The notes beneath the pieces are model-generated. The model was given only the letters and a program-made list of their open reading frames with translations, was not told the origin of the DNA and did no database searches. A stretch of 32,000 nt of DNA from Candidatus Saccharimonadota bacterium (lineage in GTDB: Bacteria > Patescibacteriota > Gracilibacteria > UBA1369 > 2-02-FULL-48-14). The translations under genes and the position numbers were made by a program. The DNA is taken from assembly GCA_016699145.1 (NCBI GenBank), contig CP064962.1, forward strand, positions 1,200,001-1,232,000. The letters are read 5' to 3'. Shown piece after piece: positions 1 through 7,289 of this stretch; position 1 is the first letter of the stretch, and every line of letters starts with the position of its first letter.

Positions 1-135
1 ACCAGTTTATGCATCAAATTCAGCTGATAGCACTTATTTTTTGGGCAACTATGCTTTCACTTCGCCACTTTCATCGGGAGGGTTTGACTGGCGCTATCCG
101 TCATGGATGTCGATACTTGAAAGTACTATTAATAA

Positions 136-498
136 TTGATCATGTTTAAAAAAATATCCATCTCTTTATCCATCTTTCTCCCCTTATTAGTACTCTTTAT
201 TGTAATTGAACCTTCCTTATTCTATACACCATTATCATGCAATTTTTTCAATGTAAGTTATATAGGACTCATTGGGATTTTTCTTTCTAGCACAATATAT
301 ACAATGAGATATTCTAAATGGCGCTTCAAATGGCTACTCTCTTTTATCTCTTTGATCAGTTTTATAAGCATTCTATTAGCTTATAATTTTGGGATCGTTT
401 TAATTTACGAAGATATCTTTAGAAAAGTAGAAAAGGGTGATTATAGCTCCTGCGAACAGTATCCAATCCAATTTTTAATGAAAGATTTTACTGAATGA
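136..498 (+). CDS. hypothetical small integral membrane protein (about 3 TM helices)
   Basis: 363-nt ORF in roughly one-third-GC DNA, where chance ORFs of this length are unlikely. The translation is dominated by hydrophobic helices (SISLSIFLPLLVLFIVI, IGLIGIFLSSTIY, LLSFISLISFISILLAY). The track start at 136 is TTG; the first ATG is at 142. No family recognised. Confidence 0.5.
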   Translation: MIMFKKISISLSIFLPLLVLFIVIEPSLFYTPLSCNFFNVSYIGLIGIFLSSTIYTMRYSKWRFKWLLSFISLISFISILLAYNFGIVLIYEDIFRKVEKGDYSSCEQYPIQFLMKDFTE

Positions 499-659
499 TT
501 ACTTCAACTTATCTGGTGCAAAATGAAGACACTCTCTCACCTGTTTTTGGCGATCAATGGCAAAGTGTCGCTGAATACAGCCAAATACAAGATCCAAATA
601 TAATTCATGTGGGAGATCAAATTAAAATACCTGAAAAAATAATCACTAACGCAAGTTAA
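495..659 (+). CDS. 54-aa LysM-like mini-protein (not in the ORF track, below its size cutoff)
   Basis: Hand translation from ATG 495 gives MITSTYLVQNEDTLSPVFGDQWQSVAEYSQIQDPNIIHVGDQIKIPEKIITNAS, with stop TAA at 657-659. The pattern Y-x-V-x-x-x-D-T-L ... N-x-I-x-x-G-x-x-I-x-I-P fits the LysM peptidoglycan-binding fold. The ATG overlaps the upstream stop as ATGA (495-498), typical of translational coupling. Confidence 0.45.
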   Translation: MITSTYLVQNEDTLSPVFGDQWQSVAEYSQIQDPNIIHVGDQIKIPEKIITNAS

Positions 660-720
660 ATGAAAAAAGGGGATATGGGATGGGTGAAAGTTACGCTAAT
701 AACCATTTACTAAATAGAAA

Positions 721-1230
721 ATGAAAGCTCATAAAACTACTTTTTCAATTACTCTAGCTTTATTTTTGTTCGCTGCAGTCAAGTTTTTTTTAGGACTTAG
801 TTTTTGGTTTTTAGGGATGAATCTACTGCTTTTTATGGTCATAATTCTCATAGCAGTCAGAAATATCCATATCACTCTTATAAAGAAAGATTATTTATTC
901 CTTTCTATCAATTTAATTCTAGTAGTTGCGAACATATTTATTATTTCAAATATTTTAAAACCTTCTTTCACGACAATTTTTAAAAACGATAAGAAATCAG
1001 TTTTGAGCTACGAAATAACAACTCAAAACGAAGTTATTTTTACAAAGAGGAATCGGTTTGCCTTTCTTTTGTCAAAGGAAGAATGTCTAACGGTTCTTCA
1101 CTATGGATTTAGAGGAAACTTAGAAGATATGAACCCATATGTTGAAGGAGAAAGTCTATTTATAGGCAAGAGCGAATACCCTTTGAGTACAAATAAACAA
1201 AGCAATGTTTGTTTAGAAAAGAAATTTTAA
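721..1230 (+). CDS. hypothetical membrane protein (3 N-terminal TM helices plus a soluble C-terminal half)
   Basis: 510-nt ORF in AT-rich DNA on the same strand as its neighbours. Hydrophobic helices include ITLALFLFAAVKFFLGLSFWFLGMNLLLFMVIILIAV and LFLSINLILVVANIFIISNIL. No family recognised. Confidence 0.5.
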   Translation: MKAHKTTFSITLALFLFAAVKFFLGLSFWFLGMNLLLFMVIILIAVRNIHITLIKKDYLFLSINLILVVANIFIISNILKPSFTTIFKNDKKSVLSYEITTQNEVIFTKRNRFAFLLSKEECLTVLHYGFRGNLEDMNPYVEGESLFIGKSEYPLSTNKQSNVCLEKKF

Positions 1231-1249
1231 ACCTATATGATTCTTACAA

Positions 1250-1774
1250 ATGAATAAACGCAAAATAGTTCAAGTATCCATAATGACTATCTTAATAGTA
1301 GTAGGATGGGCTACCTTGATAAACATCTATTATATCTATAAGGATATTTTTATAAAACACGATGGTCCTAGCAATTATGACCTGATGGAACCCTTTATTA
1401 CTTATTTTAATCAAGGACAGTATCAAGTTGTGCCAGATGTATTCGAACCATTTGATTATTCACTGATACGAATCGATAACCCAGAAGAAGCAAATGACAA
1501 CACTGGCTTAATAGGCAATATCACTAAGTACATCTTAGTAGAAAATCACCTATACGTTGCTGGTCAAACCTCTTCAAGCAAGGAGGAGGAGGCAGCAGAA
1601 TCTTATATGATTATCAACATGACAACTGGAGAGATCAATTCTTTCAGCCTGATTAAAGACCTGTCAAAAGAGGATAGGAAAATATTCGAAATGAAACTAG
1701 GGAACACATGTTTGGTGGATAGAACGTGCTACGAGAAAGGAGTGAATCCTACTTTGTGGAACATTTTCAACTGA
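1250..1774 (+). CDS. hypothetical N-terminally membrane-anchored protein
   Basis: ATG-initiated 525-nt ORF. It has a single N-terminal helix (VQVSIMTILIVVGWATLINIYYI) followed by a soluble domain, and lies 19 nt after the upstream gene. No family recognised. Confidence 0.55.
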   Translation: MNKRKIVQVSIMTILIVVGWATLINIYYIYKDIFIKHDGPSNYDLMEPFITYFNQGQYQVVPDVFEPFDYSLIRIDNPEEANDNTGLIGNITKYILVENHLYVAGQTSSSKEEEAAESYMIINMTTGEINSFSLIKDLSKEDRKIFEMKLGNTCLVDRTCYEKGVNPTLWNIFN

Positions 1775-1800
1775 TTAAATCCTTCTGAACTGCATACCCA

Positions 1801-2376
1801 ATGAACAAGCAAGAAAAAATCCTCTCACTTATTATAGCGATAGGCTGTATATTCCCCATTTTTGTCGCTAGATTTTTAGTAAAAATTTTTTCTGGAACAC
1901 AGGAAGCTTTAGTGACTTACCTCACTGTACTCTTGGTATATACGGTATTTACCGGAGCAGTCTTAATCATCGGAATACATCCTAATTTGATTGAACCAGA
2001 ACAGTTCACTAAGGTGAAAAATAAAAAAATCTTAAAAAGCGTCGGAATTGCTCTAAGAACATTCTTCGTTTTTTTTGGTCTTGCTTGTACAGTCTTTCTT
2101 TTGACACCTCTTTACAAAGACATAGGCTACCTTTTTGATTCAGATAAAAAAGAAATGATTGTTGGAATGATAACTTATGACAAAGTCAGTAGAGGGGCAT
2201 TTTTATTTCGTGATGAGCAAATTAAAATAGACGATCAAGAAAAACTAAGAGCTTATTTTTTGGAAGATTTTTTTGATGTAGGTGAAATTTACAAAATTGA
2301 ATACTTACCTAACTCAAGGTTGATTTTAACTTATACAAAGGTAGCTGAATACAATCACATTTTTTCTAATGAATGA
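1801..2376 (+). CDS. hypothetical membrane protein (about 3 TM helices plus a soluble C-terminal domain)
   Basis: 576-nt ORF with hydrophobic helices (ILSLIIAIGCIFPIFVARFLV, LVTYLTVLLVYTVFTGAVLIIGI, ALRTFFVFFGLACTVFLLTPL). Its stop overlaps the next gene's ATG as ATGA at 2373-2376. Confidence 0.55.
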   Translation: MNKQEKILSLIIAIGCIFPIFVARFLVKIFSGTQEALVTYLTVLLVYTVFTGAVLIIGIHPNLIEPEQFTKVKNKKILKSVGIALRTFFVFFGLACTVFLLTPLYKDIGYLFDSDKKEMIVGMITYDKVSRGAFLFRDEQIKIDDQEKLRAYFLEDFFDVGEIYKIEYLPNSRLILTYTKVAEYNHIFSNE

Positions 2377-3476
2377 TAAAATCTATTTTTAAATCTGAAA
2401 AAAGAATAGAAAATCACCACTCAATAAGTTCGGGAGAGGTGATTGCTGTATCTCTGCTATTCAGCGCATTAGGCATCCTTACGCCTATTCAATATTTTCA
2501 CAACATTTCCTTGGTCATACTTAGTGTATCCGCAGTAGATGGCGTTATAAACAAACGATGGACGACATTGTTAAAATATGGAGCTATTTTCTCTATAAAT
2601 ATGGTGATTTTGATTTTGTATCAACAATTGAGTAGAGGGCTAATGATCTCTTATGCCGTCATATTATTATTGGGCATCACGATTTTTTTTGTATACAAAA
2701 AAAAGAATAAAATTCCAGTCAAGAAAACCAACTTAAAAACAAACTTAGTTCAACTTTGTTTGACACTGTTATTCGTCTCATTCGCCAGCCTTTTCTCATA
2801 TATTATGTTTTCCTTATATTTTAATCTACTAAAAACTGAAGAACTTGTGTTCCATCCCTATGCGGTATTTTTACTCCTACTCCCAACATTTTCTCTGGGT
2901 ATATTTTTATGTAGTCAGATGCTTTTACTGCCGTTTGAACCCTTTACCACTTTAAGTAAAATATTCGACTTTTCCTTGGAAGGTAAATCTGAAAATAATC
3001 TAATAAGAGGAGAGCGATTGAAACAAGACAGGATACTAATGAAAAAATTATTAGTAATAGCAATTTTTATCAATATAGTAAGTATTTTTTTAGCCAATGA
3101 CGAGTATTACCATTTCACAGAAGATAAAATCAAAATAAATCCGATTTGGAATTTAAAAGAAACGGTATACGACTGGAATGAAGTTGAAAAAGGAGAAGTG
3201 AGCGTATCGCACAAAACATCTAAGACAGGAGAAATAACTACGATTATCCCTATTCTCAAAGTATATGTTCATGATGATATTTTTACATTTCAATATGACC
3301 CTCTTTTGAATTTTGACGGTGCTGATGATTTCTTAGGATTAATCTCTTTAATGCAAGCTAAGAATATTGAAATAGATTACATCCCCATACCTGAAAACCT
3401 TCAAGTTGCTTTGCAAAAGAACACGGGGAAAAGGGCTGATCTAACTATGCAGTTATATTCAACGCAGATTAAATAA
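2373..3476 (+). CDS. hypothetical polytopic membrane protein with a soluble C-terminal domain
   Basis: 1104-nt ORF, translationally coupled to the upstream gene. It has at least 6 hydrophobic helices in the first ~240 aa, then a charged soluble domain of about 120 aa. No family recognised. Confidence 0.6.
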   Translation: MIKSIFKSEKRIENHHSISSGEVIAVSLLFSALGILTPIQYFHNISLVILSVSAVDGVINKRWTTLLKYGAIFSINMVILILYQQLSRGLMISYAVILLLGITIFFVYKKKNKIPVKKTNLKTNLVQLCLTLLFVSFASLFSYIMFSLYFNLLKTEELVFHPYAVFLLLLPTFSLGIFLCSQMLLLPFEPFTTLSKIFDFSLEGKSENNLIRGERLKQDRILMKKLLVIAIFINIVSIFLANDEYYHFTEDKIKINPIWNLKETVYDWNEVEKGEVSVSHKTSKTGEITTIIPILKVYVHDDIFTFQYDPLLNFDGADDFLGLISLMQAKNIEIDYIPIPENLQVALQKNTGKRADLTMQLYSTQIK

Positions 3477-3493
3477 AATTAGATAGATGCTAA

Positions 3494-3688
3494 ATGAATA
3501 AAAATAACCTTATGAAACACGACGCATTGCAATTTCTTAGCCTTGTAAGAAAAAAAGTCCTAGGATACGGAATTCTTTTAATAACTGTAGTTTACATTAT
3601 AGCTTTATGTTTAGGCTGGAAAGATTTTTCAAGTGCGAGTGTCTTCTATATTACTTTGGGTTTAATCATGTTTTTTTTAAGCACATAA
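3494..3688 (+). CDS. hypothetical small membrane protein (64 aa)
   Basis: Short ORF in the same-strand array, with two hydrophobic segments (GYGILLITVVYIIALCLGW, VFYITLGLIMFFL). Its short length lowers confidence. Confidence 0.35.
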   Translation: MNKNNLMKHDALQFLSLVRKKVLGYGILLITVVYIIALCLGWKDFSSASVFYITLGLIMFFLST

Positions 3689-3698
3689 TCACCCACCC

Positions 3699-4073
3699 AT
3701 GCCTTCCAAAAACCTCCAAAAACATATTGAAAACTATGATTCGATAAAACCTTTGCAATCTTACAGAGGAATCGCAGTCACCCTGTTGATTGTGTTTGGG
3801 GGAATGAACTGCTTATCTGCCTTAACAAGTGGGGCCTCTACACAATTTATTTACAATTTGCTCGGGCTCGTCATTTTAAGTCCAATTTTCTATTCGATTT
3901 ATAAAGGCAAAAAGTGGGCAATGATTTTGATGATTGTTTTGCTGGGCTTAAATCAACTCTTAATCCTGATCAACGGTAGTTATTCAGGCATTGCGATGGC
4001 CATTGCAGTTATTTTCTTCCTTTCTCAGGCCATAACCGTCGAAAATAATAGGAAAACAAAAGAAAAAATCTAA
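3699..4073 (+). CDS. hypothetical small integral membrane protein (about 4 TM helices)
   Basis: 375-nt ORF, 10 nt after the previous ORF. Hydrophobic helices: IAVTLLIVFGGMNCLSAL, LLGLVILSPIFYSI, WAMILMIVLLGLNQLLILI, IAMAIAVIFFLSQAI. Confidence 0.5.
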   Translation: MPSKNLQKHIENYDSIKPLQSYRGIAVTLLIVFGGMNCLSALTSGASTQFIYNLLGLVILSPIFYSIYKGKKWAMILMIVLLGLNQLLILINGSYSGIAMAIAVIFFLSQAITVENNRKTKEKI

Positions 4074-4140
4074 ACGCCGAAAGCTTTTATCACTTCCCAT
4101 TCCTGCTATACTCACAAACGAATAATTCCACACTCCAACC

Positions 4141-4746
4141 ATGTTCACTATCAATCTCCTATTTCAAATCCTATTGGTTCTATCGCTGGGTCTCGCAGCA
4201 ATCTTCTTTTGTTTTTCATTGGCTTTGGGTTTAGACGCCAAACCTAAAGAGAAAAAGGATCTAGTTTCCAATAAAGTCCTCTTTTATGCCCTAATTCTAG
4301 GTCTAGCTTACAATGTCTTTTTGTTCCATCTACCCACTGCTTTGCATGGATCTTGGTATGGCATAGGGCTGGGCCTCTTTGGAGTCTTGTTTTTTACTTT
4401 TCTGTATCAGATTTTACCTGCTCACAAAAAAAGATTTTTCACTTTCAGCTTAGCAGCTTTAGGGGCCTTAGCAGGATTAGCCACGGCCTTTCGAGCGAAC
4501 GACTTTCTCATTGAGTTCAACAATCTTGCTATCGAAATCGCCTTCCTACTTTTGCTCCTTGAACTGGCTTTTGAACACATCCACTGGAAGGGAATTTGGA
4601 TCATAAAAAACATTCCTGTTTTTGTACAAAGTTTTTCAGTCATTCTCTTGAATTATCTGAAGCAGCGTCTCACCTCAAAAAAAATCCCAACAGTCGATTC
4701 TTGGTCATGGTTCGAAGTTCCCTTCTGGCACTGGTGGTTTTGCTGA
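4141..4746 (+). CDS. N-terminal fragment of a split polytopic membrane protein gene (frame changes inside the A8 tract at 4677-4684)
   Basis: Frame-1 ORF encoding about 6 hydrophobic helices. Past the A8 run its tail becomes a W-rich, non-membrane-like sequence (IPTVDSWSWFEVPFWHWWFC). At that same point frame 3 continues as a plausible membrane protein. Confidence 0.6.
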   Translation: MFTINLLFQILLVLSLGLAAIFFCFSLALGLDAKPKEKKDLVSNKVLFYALILGLAYNVFLFHLPTALHGSWYGIGLGLFGVLFFTFLYQILPAHKKRFFTFSLAALGALAGLATAFRANDFLIEFNNLAIEIAFLLLLLELAFEHIHWKGIWIIKNIPVFVQSFSVILLNYLKQRLTSKKIPTVDSWSWFEVPFWHWWFC

Positions 4747-6059
4747 TTTTTGGAAGACTGCTCATCGAAGCCGATCCGATTTTTGCCCAAAGTTTGGATG
4801 GATTTAAGGGCACCTTTTTGAACCGCAGCATCATCACCCTTCTTTTGATGGCGGCTTTTGTTTTTCTCACAACCATTAAAGTCAAAGAGAGCAAGGATGA
4901 AGCAGGTCCCCTGAAGGCGCTGCATTTTTTTGATTTTGCCCTTCCAGCCTTAGTGCTTGAAATCCTTTTCTTGGGATTCATTTTCATTCAAGCCAAATAC
5001 CTTTTTGGTGCAAATGAAAGCATTGTTAACTTTGACATAACTTACTCAGATTACGTTCGTAAAGGCTTCATAGAGCTCTTAGTAACGTCTCTCTTGGGCG
5101 CACTCTTAAGTTATGGAATGACCTTAAAATCTCACGCGCTTGAACTTAAAAAACACGTCAATGCCTTAAAAGGTCTCAATCTTTTCCTCATCTTAGAACT
5201 CTTTGTCATTTTAGCTTCAGCCCTACAAAGAGACCTCATCTACATGGACGTCTATGGTCTAACACGCATCCGTTTTATTGGACTCTTCCTATTGGCTTGG
5301 ATCGCAGGTTTGCTCTTCGCCATGGGCATCTTCAGCATATGGAAGCGCTTCACTGAGCATCGACTGTTCACAAGCTTATTCCTGCTTTCATTTCTAGGTT
5401 TCTTCGCCCTCAATATGGTGAACATAGACGGGTGGATTGCTCAAGCCAGCAAAAATAAAGATTATTTCTACATCAACCATCTTTCTACAGATGCAGCCAA
5501 TGCCTGGGAAGACTCTCTCGAACACGCTCAGTCCACATTGTCTCCTTTTATTTCAAACACAAGCTTAACAGATGAAGAGAAGCAAACCATTGTAGATACG
5601 CAAATTTCTTTATTAACTTTGCAAGAAAAAGTCACCAACTTAGAGGGAAAATACGCTCCAGACACGCTCTCTTCATGGACCGCATGGAACGCCAGCGAAT
5701 GGAAAGCTTTTCAAAAAATCAATGAAAAACCGCAGCTTTATCACGAACAATTGAGCTGTCTGCTCACCCAAGTCGATCAAATTCAATTGAATACCTTTTC
5801 AGATTTTAAACCTCAAAGGAATAAGCGATTCTATGAATATGAATACCCCCTCACCAAAATTGAATATCCTGAAATCCGAGAGGACGATTACGATTTATCA
5901 GGAGTGACGAGACGTTTGTTTAATGTATCTAGCATGGCAGAAGAAGTGCAGGCGAGCTACAATACCCTAGCCTTGAGCAATCAAGAAATTCAGAAAGATG
6001 AACATGGCCTCATCCAAAAACTAAAGGACACTTTCAGTTCCACCCCCTGTCTCCAATAA
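4596..6059 (+). CDS. C-terminal fragment of the same split polytopic membrane protein; the meaningful part probably begins at the A8 tract near 4677
   Basis: Frame-3 ORF. From KKNPNSRFLVMVRSSLLALVVLLIFGRLLIEADPIF onward it encodes further TM helices and then a soluble C-terminal region of about 190 aa. The first ~27 codons after the track's Met overlap the frame-1 ORF and look non-coding. The layout resembles large DUF4153/DUF4173-type membrane proteins, but this comes from memory of the motif style only. Confidence 0.6.
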   Translation: MDHKKHSCFCTKFFSHSLELSEAASHLKKNPNSRFLVMVRSSLLALVVLLIFGRLLIEADPIFAQSLDGFKGTFLNRSIITLLLMAAFVFLTTIKVKESKDEAGPLKALHFFDFALPALVLEILFLGFIFIQAKYLFGANESIVNFDITYSDYVRKGFIELLVTSLLGALLSYGMTLKSHALELKKHVNALKGLNLFLILELFVILASALQRDLIYMDVYGLTRIRFIGLFLLAWIAGLLFAMGIFSIWKRFTEHRLFTSLFLLSFLGFFALNMVNIDGWIAQASKNKDYFYINHLSTDAANAWEDSLEHAQSTLSPFISNTSLTDEEKQTIVDTQISLLTLQEKVTNLEGKYAPDTLSSWTAWNASEWKAFQKINEKPQLYHEQLSCLLTQVDQIQLNTFSDFKPQRNKRFYEYEYPLTKIEYPEIREDDYDLSGVTRRLFNVSSMAEEVQASYNTLALSNQEIQKDEHGLIQKLKDTFSSTPCLQ

Positions 6060-6086
6060 CTTTTACCCCTTCATCCTTTTCATTCC

Positions 6087-7271
6087 ATGAAAAACTTACT
6101 CGTCTTACTCTTCACTCTCACACTGCTGCCGGTGCCCCTGAGTTCCGCGCAAGCCGGGGACACTCTCGAAAACCAAGACATCCGCGATTATTTGATTTTC
6201 CCTGAAGGCAGCTGGTGGGAATACGAAAGTACCACTCAAGATCTGGTCAACGAAACCTCTGTAACAGAGAGCGCCGTCGTCACTCAGGAAGCATGTGAAG
6301 GGCAAGAAGACTGCTTCATCCTCGCATCTGGCGAACAAAGCTATCGCATTCAAATCGAAGAAAACATCGCCTATTACATGGAAATATCCGGCCAAGAACC
6401 TTCAGTAAACTACACCTATTTCAGCTTAGAACCTTTTTCTGAAGAGGTTGCTACAGAAGATTATGCCCTTTTGAACGTGGAGGGTGCGGATGCAGGAGCC
6501 ACCGTCAGTTGTGAATCGGACTTCGATCCCGTCTATCGTTATGAAAACAGGACCTACAATGCCATCCAGCACAACTGTATGTTTCTAGCCACCGTGGACG
6601 AAATGAGGATGCGAGTGATGACCAGCGACCTTCTTTTACAGGGTCTAGGAACAGTCGCCTCAACCGTCAGCGTATACATTGGCTCTGTACAATTCAGCGA
6701 AAGCATAACCACCTTAGTGGACAGCAATCTCATTGTGGAAGAATCCCCTTTCAGCGATGTGGCTCTCACCGACACCAATTACCCCGCCATTGAATACCTT
6801 TACAACGAGGGCATTTTCAGCGGTTACCCCGATGGCAGCTTCCGACCCGACAACACAGTCAACCGCGCCGAACTGCTCAAAATTCTTGTGGAGGGCTTGG
6901 GCGTCACCCCGGATGAAATCACCTATCGAAATTGTTTCTCAGACGTAGAGACCGATTGGTACGCCAAATACGTGTGTTATGCGAAAGAAGCCGGCTGGGT
7001 GGAAGGTTACCCTGATGGCAGTTTCAAACCCGCCGATCCCGTGAATAAAGTCGAAGCACTCAAAATGCTGCTCCTTTCTCAAGAAGTGGACTTAAACGAA
7101 ACCTACAATCTTTACTATTATGACGTGGCCACAACCGATTGGTTCATGCCTTACGTGCAAACCGCCGGTGACTTGGGCCTCTTGGAAGAGAACGGCACCT
7201 ACTTCCATCCCGATTCCGACAAAGATCGCAAAGGCATCGCCGAAAACCTCTACCGCCTGCTGACTTTATAA
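6087..7271 (+). CDS. secreted protein with three C-terminal S-layer homology (SLH) repeats
   Basis: Signal peptide MKNLLVLLFTLTLLPVPLSSAQA. Three SLH-type repeats:
- FSDVALTDTNYPAIEYLYNEGIFSGYPDGSFRPDNTVNRAELLKILV
- FSDVETDWYAKYVCYAKEAGWVEGYPDGSFKPADPVNKVEALKMLL
- YYDVATTDWFMPYVQTAGDLGLLEENGTYFHPDSDKDRKGIAENLYRLL. Confidence 0.85.
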   Translation: MKNLLVLLFTLTLLPVPLSSAQAGDTLENQDIRDYLIFPEGSWWEYESTTQDLVNETSVTESAVVTQEACEGQEDCFILASGEQSYRIQIEENIAYYMEISGQEPSVNYTYFSLEPFSEEVATEDYALLNVEGADAGATVSCESDFDPVYRYENRTYNAIQHNCMFLATVDEMRMRVMTSDLLLQGLGTVASTVSVYIGSVQFSESITTLVDSNLIVEESPFSDVALTDTNYPAIEYLYNEGIFSGYPDGSFRPDNTVNRAELLKILVEGLGVTPDEITYRNCFSDVETDWYAKYVCYAKEAGWVEGYPDGSFKPADPVNKVEALKMLLLSQEVDLNETYNLYYYDVATTDWFMPYVQTAGDLGLLEENGTYFHPDSDKDRKGIAENLYRLLTL

Positions 7272-7289
7272 AGGCCAGCCCGTCTATAG

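Noticed and set aside
675-713. 12-codon mini-ORF (MGWVKVTLITIY) preceded by the only SD-like string in the window (AAGGGG at 667-672)
   Set aside because: It is too short to support as a gene from sequence alone. It could be a chance ORF in the 61-nt spacer before the 721 gene. I record it only because the SD-like motif is otherwise absent here.
4422-4987. Minus-strand ORFs of 73, 90 and 105 aa opposite the split membrane protein gene
   Set aside because: They are antisense to a clearly membrane-protein-coding frame. Their products are Lys/Arg/Ser-rich with no TM or domain features.
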